From a bacterium (lineage in GTDB: Bacteria; UBA4055), in assembly GCA_029559475.1 (NCBI GenBank), contig JAKQBN010000030.1, positions 10,756 to 74,755 on the forward strand: a stretch of DNA of 64,000 nt, in the 5' to 3' direction. Shown piece after piece: positions 54,040 through 64,000 of the stretch; the first letter of the stretch is position 1; each line of letters begins with the position of its first letter. The notes below the pieces were generated by a model that was not told where the DNA came from, ran no database searches, and saw only the letters and a program-made list of their open reading frames with translations. The position numbers and the translations under genes are program-made.

Positions 54040-56925
54040 TTATTTATTTTTGTAAATCTGTCTTTTCTCAAGCTCTTTCTTTACTTCGATCGAAGTATAG
54101 CCTTTGCCTGATGCGGCGAGCTCCGGAACGGATCCTTCGAATACGATCTTTCCGCCGGACGGCCCTCCTTCGGGACCCATGTCTATCACATGGTCGCAGT
54201 TGACTATGACGTCAAGGTTATGTTCGATTATAATTATAGTACTTCCGGCATCCCTGAGTTCTTTGAGCACATTAAGAAGTCTCTGTATATCTAAAAAATG
54301 CAGTCCGGTAGTCGGTTCATCGAGAATATATACCGTTCCGGCTTTTTTGGATCTCGAAAGCTCTTTCGCGAGCTTTATCCTCTGCGCTTCTCCTCCTGAT
54401 AATGTCGTTGAAGGCTGCCCGAGCTTGATGTAACCCATTCCCACCTGCATCAGGGTCTGCATTTTGTTTTTCAAGAACGGGATGTTCTCAAAAAAAACAA
54501 CTGCTTCCTGTACGTCCATGTCAAGAATTTCATTTATGTTCTTGTCTTTAAAAGTCACTTCCAGCGTTTCAGAATTATATCTTTTACCTTTACAGACATC
54601 GCATTCCACATATACATCAGCCAGAAAGTGCATCTCTATCTTTATTACCCCGCTTCCCTCGCATTTTTCGCATCTTCCGCCTTTTACGTTAAAGCTGAAC
54701 CGGGATTTTGTATATCCTCTCATTTTTGACAGCTTTGTAAGCGCCATCACATCCCTTATCGCATCGAATGCTCCTATGTATGTTGCGGGGTTAGATCTCG
54801 GGGATCTTCCGATAGGACTCTGATCGATCTTTATCAGCCTGATATCCCTTTTCTCGTATTTCATGCCGAGTTTGTCTTCAAGATCAATATCCTTATATTC
54901 ATAATCGGATTTAAGGTTTGACATATCCTTAAGCTCATCTTTATTTGACGCCATTGTCTTTAAAGCGTTGAACAAAGAATCCATTACAAGGCTGCTTTTT
55001 CCTGCGCCTGACACGCCTGTTACGACCGTCATTTTATTCATCGGGAATTTAGTCGTAATGTTCTTTAGATTATTGGTTTTACATCCTGTGATGACGATGT
55101 TCCCCGAACTTTCGGATTCTTTCAGTTCGATGTTTACGTTCTCGCGCCTGAAAACATAATCTGATGTATGTGTTTTCGCTTTTTCCAGACCTTTAAATGA
55201 TCCCGTATAAACTATCTCGCCGCCGTATATTCCCGCCTCTTTTCCGAAATCAACTATTTCGTCGGCTGTCTCGATCGTTTCTCTGTCGTGCTCGACAACT
55301 ATTACGGTGTTGCCTTTATTTTTAAGTTGAACGAGATTGTCAAGAAGTCTCTGATTGTCTTTCTGATGAAGGCCGATACTGGGTTCATCGAGTACGTATA
55401 TTACTCCTGTCAGCCCGCTCGCGATCTGGCTAGCTAGCCTTATTCTCTGTGATTCACCGCCGGACAGACTTCTTGCGTTCCTGTCTAAAGTCAGATATTT
55501 TAATCCCACATTTACAAGAAATCCGAGTCTCTCCTGCATTTCTTTCAGAAGTTCTTTTATTATGAAATTCTCCTTTTCGGAAAGACTTTTCGGAATTTCC
55601 TTTATGAATTTTAATAGTTTATCTATTTCGAGCTGTGTGATCTCGTTAATCGTTATTCCGTTCACTTTTACCGCAAGCGATTCTCTCCTCAACCTTTTAC
55701 CGCCGCATGAACTGCATTCTGCATCGGTCATGAATATTTCATAATACGTTCTCGCCATATTGGATGAAGTTTCGGAATATCTTCTCTGGATCATATTGGC
55801 AAGTCCCTCATAAGCGGTCGTAAAAGTACCGTTGAAACTCTTTGATGTGTAATTCATCGTAAGCTGCTTTTTTGTTCCGTACATAATAGCCTTTACGACT
55901 TCATCCGGCAACTGATTGAACGGTGTATTTGCATCTGATCCATAAGCTTCGATTATACCTTTTATCTTCCTGTACTCGATATTCTGTCCGGCTATAAAAG
56001 GTATGGCTCCGGCGTGAATGCTCTTTTTGGGATATTTAACAAGTTTGTTAATATCGACACGTTTGAAAAATCCGAGCCCGTGGCAGTCGGGACACATACC
56101 GGATGGAGTATTGAATGAAAATGAATTGGGTGAAAGGTCAGGAAAACTTATAGAACATTTCTGGCAGTAGTTTTTCTCGCTGTAGAGAGCTTCAGAATCC
56201 GTGTCAAGATTCTTTATGATCAGGTTTCCCTGAGAAAGCTTAAGCGCAGTTTCAATTGATTCAGCGAGCCTGCTTTTGATCTCGTTATTTTTTTTCAGCC
56301 TGTCAACTACAACGAACAACTTATGGAATTTTTTCTCATCAACTTTAATTTCATCTTCAAGCAGATGCTCAGTGTCGTCGATAATTACTCTGACATATCC
56401 TTCGGCTTTCAGATAATCGAGCTGGTTCTTCAGATTCCCTTTCTGTCTCTGGATATATGGTGAAACTACCGAGAATTTTGTATTCTCCTTCATGTTCTTC
56501 ATAACATCGTCAATGATCTCGTCCACAGACCTGGATGTGACAAGGTCGCCGCAGTTATGGCAATACTGATGGCCGATCCTCGCGAACATCATTCTTATAA
56601 AATCGAATATCTCGGTTACGGTTCCGACAGTAGACCTGGGATTAGATGATGATGTTTTCTGCTCTATGGAGATCGCAGGCGATAGTCCTTCGATAGAATC
56701 TATCTTAGGCTTTTTCATCACGCCAAGGAACTGTTTCGTATAGTTAGACAGAGATTCAACATACCTTCTCTGGCCTTCTGTGTAGATCGTGTCGAATGCC
56801 ATCGATGATTTTCCCGAGCCGCTGATCCCGGTAAAAACTATCAGCTTGTTTTTCTCAAGCTCTAAATTCACATGCTTGAGATTATGTTCTCCGGCGCCTT
56901 TTATAATAAGTTTTTCTGATGCCAT
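54040..56925 (-). CDS. uvrA: excinuclease ABC subunit A
   Basis: Two ABC ATPase modules with Walker A motifs (GISGSGKSS, GVSGAGKSS) and zinc-finger Cys pairs are present. The product is about 960 aa. Confidence 0.9.
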   Translation of the reverse strand: MASEKLIIKGAGEHNLKHVNLELEKNKLIVFTGISGSGKSSMAFDTIYTEGQRRYVESLSNYTKQFLGVMKKPKIDSIEGLSPAISIEQKTSSSNPRSTVGTVTEIFDFIRMMFARIGHQYCHNCGDLVTSRSVDEIIDDVMKNMKENTKFSVVSPYIQRQKGNLKNQLDYLKAEGYVRVIIDDTEHLLEDEIKVDEKKFHKLFVVVDRLKKNNEIKSRLAESIETALKLSQGNLIIKNLDTDSEALYSEKNYCQKCSISFPDLSPNSFSFNTPSGMCPDCHGLGFFKRVDINKLVKYPKKSIHAGAIPFIAGQNIEYRKIKGIIEAYGSDANTPFNQLPDEVVKAIMYGTKKQLTMNYTSKSFNGTFTTAYEGLANMIQRRYSETSSNMARTYYEIFMTDAECSSCGGKRLRRESLAVKVNGITINEITQLEIDKLLKFIKEIPKSLSEKENFIIKELLKEMQERLGFLVNVGLKYLTLDRNARSLSGGESQRIRLASQIASGLTGVIYVLDEPSIGLHQKDNQRLLDNLVQLKNKGNTVIVVEHDRETIETADEIVDFGKEAGIYGGEIVYTGSFKGLEKAKTHTSDYVFRRENVNIELKESESSGNIVITGCKTNNLKNITTKFPMNKMTVVTGVSGAGKSSLVMDSLFNALKTMASNKDELKDMSNLKSDYEYKDIDLEDKLGMKYEKRDIRLIKIDQSPIGRSPRSNPATYIGAFDAIRDVMALTKLSKMRGYTKSRFSFNVKGGRCEKCEGSGVIKIEMHFLADVYVECDVCKGKRYNSETLEVTFKDKNINEILDMDVQEAVVFFENIPFLKNKMQTLMQVGMGYIKLGQPSTTLSGGEAQRIKLAKELSRSKKAGTVYILDEPTTGLHFLDIQRLLNVLKELRDAGSTIIIIEHNLDVIVNCDHVIDMGPEGGPSGGKIVFEGSVPELAASGKGYTSIEVKKELEKRQIYKNK

Positions 56926-57198
56926 TTTATCCTCTTCCTGATACATTAAATAAGCAACTAAATATAGTTAATCGCTTATAAATAATAAACCTGAATTTAA
57001 TAATTATTAATTCACATTTCTTTCACAAAACTTGACAAAATCAAAAATATAGCATATATTATTGTCAGAGAAATTACAATTTAGAGACGAACTTCTATAC
57101 AAAGAAAAGTCCCGTAAAAAACACGGGAGAAGTTTTGTCACCCTAAATAATTTCTCAAAAAAAATGTGGACCCGAAAGGGCTAAAGGAGGATAAAAAA

Positions 57199-57552
57199 AT
57201 GAAGTCAGCAACCATAATAATCATCATGTTTTTAACACTCTTATCATTCGGAGCAGAAAGAATGAGGCCGCTCGAATCAATGAAGATCGTAATGACCAAC
57301 GACTCCGGAATGCCGCTCGAAGACGGTTTCTACAATGTTACTTATAAAATTTACGACAAATCGAAAGACGGCAAACTTATGTGTGAACAGCAATCAATCG
57401 TAGAAGCAAAAAACGGCGTCTGCGTAGTCTGCCATGAACTTTTAAGAGAACTGGAAAAAAAAGGGTATAAAGAAGTCTGGCTGTCTCTGAAAATAGAGAA
57501 CTACAAAGAGAACACATTCAGAACAAGGATATTTCTGGAACCATCTAAATAA
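57199..57552 (+). CDS. hypothetical small secreted protein
   Basis: An AAGGAGG Shine-Dalgarno lies 7 nt upstream of the ATG at 57199, and the product has a signal peptide (MKSATIIIIMFLTLLSFGA). Confidence 0.4.
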   Translation: MKSATIIIIMFLTLLSFGAERMRPLESMKIVMTNDSGMPLEDGFYNVTYKIYDKSKDGKLMCEQQSIVEAKNGVCVVCHELLRELEKKGYKEVWLSLKIENYKENTFRTRIFLEPSK

Positions 57553-57587
57553 GCTCCGCCCTAAAATATCTAAAATAATATTAATTT

Positions 57588-57617
57588 AACCTTCCTTTTC
57601 AGGAAGGTTTTTTTTAT
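57588..57617 (+). terminator. rho-independent terminator
   Basis: An AACCTTCC/GGAAGGTT stem is followed by a T8 run. Confidence 0.6.
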
Positions 57618-57626
57618 AATTCAGCA

Positions 57627-58556
57627 ATGAAAAAAGGATATGATCTAATAGTAATTACAGGCCCTACGGCGACAGGAAAAACCGGACTCGCGGTTTCATT
57701 GGCTTCGGCTATCGACGGAGAGATAATCAGCGCCGATTCAAGGCAGGTTTACAGGGGAATGACGATAGGAACAGGAAAAGATCTCGATGATTACAGCGTA
57801 AACGGGAAAATGATACCTTATCACCTCATTGATATATGTGATGCGGGCGAAGAATACAACCTTTTCAGATACAAAAATGACTTCAGACAAGTTTATAGCG
57901 ATATAAAAAACCGCGGCATACTTCCTGTTCTTTGCGGAGGTTCAGGGCTTTATATTGAAGCTGTTTTAAAGGACTACACGCTTCTAAACGTCCCTGTTAA
58001 CGAATCTCTTAGAGAAGAACTGCGGTCAAAATCAGATATTGAGCTTGAGAAGATCCTGAATGAACATTTGGTCCCGCATAACATTTCAGACACATCTAAC
58101 AGAAAACGGCTTATACGTGCGATAGAGATAGCAAAGTATCAAAAAGATAGCAGTCTGCCCGGTGAGAATTCGCAGACTATGAATTACATAATATTCGCAA
58201 TTGATTTCGACAGACCGGTACTCAAAAAACGAATTACGGAAAGACTAAGACAGAGACTTAAGTATGGAATGATCGAAGAAACAAGGTCGCTTCTGGAAAA
58301 AGGTATAACTCAGGATAAACTAATATATTACGGACTCGAATATAAATTTCTCGCAGAATACCTTGATGGTCAGTACAATTACAACGATATGTTCCAGAAG
58401 TTAAATTCCGCCATCCACAGATTTTCAAAAAGACAGATGACGTGGTTCAGAAAAATGGAAAGAGACGGTATGAAGATAAACTGGATAGACGGGAAATTGA
58501 GTTTACAAGAAAAACTAAATACTGTGCTTGAGATTATGGAGAACAGGAATGAGTAA
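57627..58556 (+). CDS. miaA: tRNA dimethylallyltransferase
   Basis: The P-loop GPTATGKT and the MiaA-conserved DSRQVYRGM motif are present. The product is 309 aa. Confidence 0.9.
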   Translation: MKKGYDLIVITGPTATGKTGLAVSLASAIDGEIISADSRQVYRGMTIGTGKDLDDYSVNGKMIPYHLIDICDAGEEYNLFRYKNDFRQVYSDIKNRGILPVLCGGSGLYIEAVLKDYTLLNVPVNESLREELRSKSDIELEKILNEHLVPHNISDTSNRKRLIRAIEIAKYQKDSSLPGENSQTMNYIIFAIDFDRPVLKKRITERLRQRLKYGMIEETRSLLEKGITQDKLIYYGLEYKFLAEYLDGQYNYNDMFQKLNSAIHRFSKRQMTWFRKMERDGMKINWIDGKLSLQEKLNTVLEIMENRNE

Positions 58557-59256
58557 AGTTATAATACTCACCGGTGCAGGATTATCTGCTGAATCCGGAA
58601 TAAGAACGTTCAGGGATTCGAACGGATTATGGGAAGAGCACGACGTAATGGAAGTATGCTCTGTCGAAGGTTGGCTCAGAGACAGGGAGAAAGTGCTGAA
58701 TTTCTACGACCTGCGGAGAAAGGACTGCGAACATAAAGAGCCGAACGCATCCCATTTTATGATCGCTGAAATGCGGCATAAATTCGGAGATTCGGTCTCG
58801 ATAATCACGCAGAATGTCGACGATCTTCTTGAAAAAGCGGGTTGTGAAAAGGTAATACATCTTCATGGGGAACTCAGAAAGCTGAGATGCGAAATGTGCG
58901 GTCATATTTTCGATATAGGCTACAAATCAATTAAAGACGTTCCTGAATGTCCTTTATGTAAAAGCCATGGTCTCAGACATCATATAGTCATGTTCGGTGA
59001 ACCTGCGCCATTCTATCAAAAACTGTATTCAGAACTCATGAATACTGAACTTCTCGTTGTGATAGGCACATCAGGCGAAGTTCTTCCGGTAGATCAGTTC
59101 GCGTCTTACACAAAGTACTCGATCCTGAACAATCTTGAGCATTCAATGGCTATAAACCACATGATATTCACTCACACTTTTTACGAAAAAGCAACGACCG
59201 CAGCTCCTAAGATCAAAAAACTGATCGAAAAATATTTCGAGACCGGAAAAATATGA
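58549..59256 (+). CDS. NAD-dependent protein deacylase (Sir2 family, CobB-like, with Zn ribbon)
   Basis: The GAGLSAESGIRTFR motif, zinc-binding CxxC...CxxC (CEMCGH, CPLCKS) and the catalytic His in LHGEL are present. Confidence 0.85.
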   Translation: MSKVIILTGAGLSAESGIRTFRDSNGLWEEHDVMEVCSVEGWLRDREKVLNFYDLRRKDCEHKEPNASHFMIAEMRHKFGDSVSIITQNVDDLLEKAGCEKVIHLHGELRKLRCEMCGHIFDIGYKSIKDVPECPLCKSHGLRHHIVMFGEPAPFYQKLYSELMNTELLVVIGTSGEVLPVDQFASYTKYSILNNLEHSMAINHMIFTHTFYEKATTAAPKIKKLIEKYFETGKI

Positions 59257-59355
59257 ACCCGCCTGAAATCAGTTCAGAAAACAGCGGAATTATACTATAT
59301 AGCTTAGATCGACAATAAATTCAAGCTATCCTTACTTTCTCCATATCAAAATGAC

Positions 59356-59396
59356 AGACAGCTCTGAACTGGACATTTCAGGCTGTCTTTTTCTTT
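59356..59396 (+). terminator. rho-independent terminator after the Sir2 gene
   Basis: An AGACAGC/GCTGTCT stem with a 19-nt loop is followed by TTTTTCTTT. Confidence 0.45.
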
Positions 59397-59487
59397 GATA
59401 CTTTCTTTTCGGACAAGCAAAAGAAAGTATGAAAAACCATCATTGCGCTTGAATTACAACTCGATTCAAGGCGGAACGCTTATTAAT

Positions 59488-60519
59488 TTAATTCTCTTTA
59501 CTGTTTTCTTCCAATGCTTTAACGGCTTTTTCAATATCTTTGACCTTATAGATCAGATCCGGAAGTCTGCCGAGACATGCGTCGATCTTCCTCTGCTTTG
59601 CGATCTCCCTTGAAGGAGTACCTGTAACAATACTCCCATCCTTCAGATTCCCGGCTATCCCTGCCTGAGCTCCGATCATAACTCCGTTGCCGATCGTAAT
59701 ATGCCCGACAAAACCTACCTGACCGCCGATCATGCAGTGAGAACCTATCTTCGTACTTCCTGAAACACCTGATTGTGCCGCCATGACAGTATTTTCCCCG
59801 ATCTCAACATTATGGGCTATCTGAAGCAGATTATCAAGTTTAGCGCCTTTTTTAATCACTGTCGAGCCTAAAGTAGCTCTGTCAACGCAAGTATTAGCAC
59901 CGATTTCTACATTATCTTCGATAACAACATTGCCTACTTGAGGTATTTTGTCGTATTCCGACTGATTAGGAGCGAATCCGAACCCGTCGCTGCCTATAAC
60001 CGCCCCGTTCTGAATGATCACATTATTGCCTATCACGCAATTCTCGCGTATAGAAACATTTGAATAGATTATCACATTATTCCCGATCTTCACGTTCTGC
60101 CCGATCGTGACGTTCGGCTGTATCTGGACATTGTCTCCTATCACGCAGTTTCTGCCGATTGAAACAAAAGCGCTTATAGAAGGATCTATTCCTATCACTG
60201 AGCCGTCTGAAATGAATGACATTCTGTTAACGCCTTTTTCAGCGGGCGGTACTGGAGGATGGAATGCGATTAGCACCTTTAAAAAGGACTGATACGGATT
60301 CTCCGATCTTAAAAGCGGAATATTCCTGTCGGTTTTAAAATCCTTCGGGACAATGACTGCTCCCGCGTTCGTAGTTTCTATCTGATGGAAATACTTCGGA
60401 TTATGGAGAAAAGCTATTTCTGAAGCTTTAGCCGAATCTATCTTAGCTATGTCGGTTATATCGATTTCCGGATACTCGGTTGTACTTCCTATGATTTCAG
60501 CTATAATATTCAGCTTCAT
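59488..60519 (-). CDS. lpxD: UDP-3-O-(3-hydroxyacyl)glucosamine N-acyltransferase
   Basis: An N-terminal LpxD-specific domain is followed by hexapeptide-repeat beta-helix and a C-terminal helix. The product is 343 aa. Confidence 0.9.
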   Translation of the reverse strand: MKLNIIAEIIGSTTEYPEIDITDIAKIDSAKASEIAFLHNPKYFHQIETTNAGAVIVPKDFKTDRNIPLLRSENPYQSFLKVLIAFHPPVPPAEKGVNRMSFISDGSVIGIDPSISAFVSIGRNCVIGDNVQIQPNVTIGQNVKIGNNVIIYSNVSIRENCVIGNNVIIQNGAVIGSDGFGFAPNQSEYDKIPQVGNVVIEDNVEIGANTCVDRATLGSTVIKKGAKLDNLLQIAHNVEIGENTVMAAQSGVSGSTKIGSHCMIGGQVGFVGHITIGNGVMIGAQAGIAGNLKDGSIVTGTPSREIAKQRKIDACLGRLPDLIYKVKDIEKAVKALEENSKEN

Positions 60520-60521
60520 TT

Positions 60522-62084
60522 TTATCCCCTGTTTTTTCTTTTTAATATCATTACCGGAAGTATAACTTCCTCAAGGCTTACACCGCCGTGCTGAAATGAA
60601 TTCTTTATCTGCCTGTAAAAATCGTTAAGTCCCTTTTCGAAAACAAAACAGTGATCTTCTTTCGCTAGTATTATATTCATCCCCTTAAATGAGGAAGGCA
60701 TTTTATAATCCGCGGGTTTCTGCCAGAAAAAAGTCTGTTTTTTATTCGACGTTGTCAGATTCTTACCGAATTTCAGGCGCAATCCGCTGCTGATAAAACC
60801 GTCACCGGACACCTTGGTGTATTTATTGATAAGTTTTGCACCGTGATCCGTCGTGATGACTATCCTGAATCCCATTTCGCCGAGACTCGTTATGATCCTT
60901 AACAGAGATGAGCTGCTGAACCAGCTTTTTATTGTCGAACGGTACGAACTCTCGTTGAACATCATTTCGCTGACCAGTTCGCCCTTCTTTTTATCGTGAA
61001 CAAGAAAATCCACCATGTTCACTACCAAAGCGAAAAGAGTAGTATCCCTGAGTTCATTCATGCCGGATTCGATCTTAGCGAATTCATCTATCCTGTAAGC
61101 TTTACTGTATTTCAGCTTTCTGCCCAGATCTAATCCTGAACTGATCAGTTTTTTTTCTAAAAGCTCTTTTTCGAACCTGTTGCTGCTTGACTCGTCATCG
61201 TAATTCACGTTCGAGAATTCAGGATGTTTTTCTTCTATTTCAGATGGAAATAATCCTGAGAATATTGCGTTCCGCGCGAACTGGGTCGCAGTAGGCAATA
61301 TCGAATAGTATGACTCCTTGATAATTGAAAAATTTTCCTTTAAAACCTCCTCTATCACGCTCATCTGATCGTAAGGCAGACAGTCTATTACGATAAAAGC
61401 AGTTTTCTCAGCCTCAAGATCAGGAAGAACGAATTTATCGAGAACTTCATTTGAAAGAACCGGTCTCTCCGACTGATCCGAAATCCATTTATGATAATTT
61501 TCCTGAATGTAATTACCGAAAGTCATGTTCGCGCTGCGTCTTAGATCATCAAAAGTCTCCGCGAGATTAATGTCCTTTATCTCGTCAAGCCTTAAATTCC
61601 ATCCGGTGATCATGTGATTTATAGTTATCCAGCCGTTGAAATCGGGATCTTTGTCTATCATTCCCGAAATGACTTTATAATTCTTTATGTAATTTTTCGA
61701 CATGTTATCGCTGATCAGATCTTCTTTTTCAAGATTTTTTCTGATGCTGAGATATAGCTGGAGAGGACTGACCGGTTTAGTCAGATAATCGTCGATCATA
61801 TTACCTACCGCTTCAAGAAAAATACCCTCTTCTTCAGATTTTGTCACCATCACAGCTTTGATATCTCCGTCAGCCGCTTTTATCTGCCGCAAGGTCTCGA
61901 GTCCGTCCATCCCGACCATCATTTCGTCGAGTATTACAAGATCGAAATCTTTCTGTTTTACAAGCCTGATCGCGTCGTACCCGTTAGTAGATGTCTCGAG
62001 CTCATAACCCTTGCTTACCAGATACAGTATATGTGGTCTTAAAAGAGATATTTCATCATCTACCCACAGGATCTTTCCCGTCAT
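60522..62084 (-). CDS. response regulator with N-terminal REC domain and C-terminal PglZ (alkaline-phosphatase-like) domain, PorX-like
   Basis: The REC domain (ILWVDDE...DLVILDEMMVGMDG) is followed by a PglZ-like domain of about 380 aa. The 520-aa size matches PorX of type IX secretion systems. Confidence 0.65.
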   Translation of the reverse strand: MTGKILWVDDEISLLRPHILYLVSKGYELETSTNGYDAIRLVKQKDFDLVILDEMMVGMDGLETLRQIKAADGDIKAVMVTKSEEEGIFLEAVGNMIDDYLTKPVSPLQLYLSIRKNLEKEDLISDNMSKNYIKNYKVISGMIDKDPDFNGWITINHMITGWNLRLDEIKDINLAETFDDLRRSANMTFGNYIQENYHKWISDQSERPVLSNEVLDKFVLPDLEAEKTAFIVIDCLPYDQMSVIEEVLKENFSIIKESYYSILPTATQFARNAIFSGLFPSEIEEKHPEFSNVNYDDESSSNRFEKELLEKKLISSGLDLGRKLKYSKAYRIDEFAKIESGMNELRDTTLFALVVNMVDFLVHDKKKGELVSEMMFNESSYRSTIKSWFSSSSLLRIITSLGEMGFRIVITTDHGAKLINKYTKVSGDGFISSGLRLKFGKNLTTSNKKQTFFWQKPADYKMPSSFKGMNIILAKEDHCFVFEKGLNDFYRQIKNSFQHGGVSLEEVILPVMILKRKNRG

Positions 62085-62821
62085 AATGATACCTCCGCGA
62101 ACCCTGCAGGATTTTCATTTATATCCATTTTAGTATAAAATAGAGTAAGTTTAGTTGGCGGATTGAAAGTCCTGAACCTTATCCTTTTAGGCATAATATA
62201 GCCGTTATCCGAACTGAAATAATCGTATTCGCGCTTGAACATAAGCTCGCGTTCGTAATACTGCGAAACTTCCGTAATGAGAAAATTCTTATTGACCGTA
62301 ACGAACTGATATTCTTTTTCGTTCAATTCTATTCTGAAATTTATCCTGTCTTTTTCCCTTCCCGTTATTTTAAAAGGGACTTCAGAAGGTTCATAGCATA
62401 AGAGCGAGTTCTTAAGTTGAGAAACAGTAATATCCATTCCCGTTATTCTTTTTACGGAATTCTCACCGCTTTGCCCGGTGATCAGGATTTTATTGAAGTA
62501 ATTGACAGCCTTTACTGAGTCTTTATTAATAAACAAAACAGCTTCAGTCTCGCCGACAAGCCCGTTGATCTCTATATATACTGTGTCGTTCCTGGAAATA
62601 TAAAGATATCCGCTCGACTGATTTTTATCAGAGGGTGTTGAGTAAGAAAAATCAAATTTCCCCGACACCGATCTCAGTTTTCCGTAATTTTGATTAATTA
62701 CGTACAGGATCTGATCTTCGCTTGCAGTATCCAGGTCGTATTCCTTTAAATTCATTCCGCTATAAAAGCAGCCTGTAATAAATAACGTCAGCAGCAATAC
62801 TATTAAAAACTGCGCTTTCAT
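62081..62821 (-). CDS. hypothetical lipoprotein
   Basis: A lipobox (LFITGCFYSG) is present. Its stop overlaps the start of the PorX-like gene. Confidence 0.4.
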   Translation of the reverse strand: MKAQFLIVLLLTLFITGCFYSGMNLKEYDLDTASEDQILYVINQNYGKLRSVSGKFDFSYSTPSDKNQSSGYLYISRNDTVYIEINGLVGETEAVLFINKDSVKAVNYFNKILITGQSGENSVKRITGMDITVSQLKNSLLCYEPSEVPFKITGREKDRINFRIELNEKEYQFVTVNKNFLITEVSQYYERELMFKREYDYFSSDNGYIMPKRIRFRTFNPPTKLTLFYTKMDINENPAGFAEVSL

Positions 62822-64000
62822 TTACAGAGCCGCCTTTAGTATAAGGCTGCTTTTTAAAATTATATCCGAAATCATTATCGCTGTCTTGTTTATCTGAATG
62901 TTATCGATCTCACCGGCTTTGTTTAGTGCTTTTTTAATAACTTTCAGATGCTCTAAAAGCTCTTCGGAACTTGGATCGTTCAGCACGTCGGCATTCTCAA
63001 AGATCCCGTCCATTATTTTCTCGGCTTCTTCGATTTTACCTGATTTATAGTAAATCCAAGCTTTTGTATCGAGAAAAGTAACGGATCCCGGCCTGTTTTT
63101 TAGAGCTTTCTCGATATATTCGGCCGCTTTATCCAGATCCTTAGAATTCTGTGCAAGCTGATATGAGTAATTATTAAGAAGCTCGGCATTCTCCGGGTCT
63201 TTTAATATGCCTTCCTTATAAGCTTCAAGGCATTCAGCTTCCATTTTGTATCTGCTGAAAACCGTTGCCATTATCTGATAGAGATAAGTTCCTTCGGGAA
63301 ATCTTTTTTTCAGGCCGTTATAAACTGTTTTTGCTTTTAGAACATCTCCGGATTTCACGTAAAGCTCGGCCAGCTGAAGCAAGAGGGAGCTTTCCGGATA
63401 TTCTTTAATGCCGTCCAATAGAGTGTTCCTGGCTTTTGTAAAATCACCTTTTTCAGAATACAGCTCGGCGATATCGGCAAAATATTCAGGCTCTCCGTAG
63501 GTTATTCTTGTCATTTTCTCCAGCATTTCCGCGGCTTTGTCGAACTTTTTATTGAAAATATACTCATCAAATGCGTAACGGTAAATAAGATAAGGCAATT
63601 CAGGCTGATCTTTTTCTAGACTTGCGATAATTTCCGATATCTTCTCCGTATTGCCGTCAGCTCTGGAACAGATCTGCATTTTTATCATAGAAAAATAAAG
63701 ATCATACGCTCTGCCGTATTTATTCTCAAGAGCGCTGTTTATCATACTTTTAAATTCGTTGTTGTCGGAGAATAAATTCAGCCTGTCATTAATTTTCTGA
63801 TTCAGAACTGCGGCTGCAGTAATGATCTCTTTATCTTTGAGCATCCCTGCAAGAACTGAATCAAGAACTGTTTCAGCACGTTTTTTATTTCCTTTCTTAA
63901 ATTCATACAGATAGAGATATATACCCGACCTGCCGAGATCGAATCCTTTATCAAAAAGATCGTTAAGTATATTATATCCCTCCACGGGTTCATCTGACCT
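62822..64000 (-). CDS. tetratricopeptide repeat protein (possibly 5-prime partial at window edge)
   Basis: Multiple TPR-like 34-residue repeats are present. The reading frame stays open to position 64000, upstream of the GTG at 63985. Confidence 0.55.
   Translation of the reverse strand, partial: RSDEPVEGYNILNDLFDKGFDLGRSGIYLYLYEFKKGNKKRAETVLDSVLAGMLKDKEIITAAAVLNQKINDRLNLFSDNNEFKSMINSALENKYGRAYDLYFSMIKMQICSRADGNTEKISEIIASLEKDQPELPYLIYRYAFDEYIFNKKFDKAAEMLEKMTRITYGEPEYFADIAELYSEKGDFTKARNTLLDGIKEYPESSLLLQLAELYVKSGDVLKAKTVYNGLKKRFPEGTYLYQIMATVFSRYKMEAECLEAYKEGILKDPENAELLNNYSYQLAQNSKDLDKAAEYIEKALKNRPGSVTFLDTKAWIYYKSGKIEEAEKIMDGIFENADVLNDPSSEELLEHLKVIKKALNKAGEIDNIQINKTAIMISDIILKSSLILKAAL

Noticed and set aside
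58549-59256. Sir2 protein as a defence effector (Thoeris ThsA or DSR-like)
   Set aside because: It is a canonical small CobB-type sirtuin with a Zn ribbon, overlaps miaA, and has no TIR, SLOG or other defence partner. It is most likely a housekeeping deacylase.
60522-62084. BREX (PglZ) phage-defence system
   Set aside because: The PglZ domain is fused to an N-terminal REC receiver (PorX architecture). No pglX methyltransferase, brxC ATPase or brxL is adjacent; the neighbours are lpxD and a lipoprotein.
1-64000. CRISPR array or other tandem short-repeat arrays
   Set aside because: No regularly spaced direct repeats were seen. The three repeat-family copies are dispersed about 2.3 and 22 kb apart and are 190-390 nt long, which does not fit repeat-spacer architecture.

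Overview
This is an AT-rich bacterial chromosomal window of about 60 protein genes and one tRNA, with no rRNA and no CRISPR array. The gene content suggests the Fibrobacteres-Chlorobi-Bacteroidetes (FCB) lineage. It combines lipid A genes (fabZ partial, lpxA, lpxD), Lol lipoprotein export genes (lolCE, lolD) and a large AsmA/TamB-like protein. It also carries a gingipain-like C25 peptidase, a lipoprotein glutaminyl cyclase and a PorX-like REC-PglZ response regulator, which together point to a type IX secretion-style envelope. Housekeeping genes (ddl, hemW, queE, ribD, xerD, zupT, cobO, ispF, uvrA, miaA, a Sir2 deacylase, rlmD, a MATE efflux pump) and an exopolysaccharide initiation/export pair are interspersed. 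An ECF sigma cell-envelope module is present. The region from 33.5 to 44.6 kb looks accessory. It holds a MATE pump, an orphan YwqK-like gene, a flavodoxin-like reductase, two GNAT acetyltransferases, an N-terminally truncated ThrRS paralog behind a leader with a terminator, and an ORF6N (KilA-N-like) protein. It also contains a start-less nuclease-like pseudogene, two tandem paralogs each with three HTH repeats, and a small protein co-oriented with a large N6A/N4C DNA methyltransferase. I rate that last cluster (40.2-44.6 kb) as the best candidate for an undescribed restriction-modification (R-M) or defence-like system. The other candidates are a 1151-aa protein fusing a TerB-like N-terminal extension to an ABCG-type ATPase and permease (28.5-32.0 kb), and a mosaic modular repeat family present three times in intergenic DNA (24.75, 27.02 and 49.28 kb). 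Every copy of that repeat carries a conserved 8-9 codon mini-ORF behind a perfect Shine-Dalgarno sequence. All calls are from reading the sequence and the six-frame ORF track; no database search was run.
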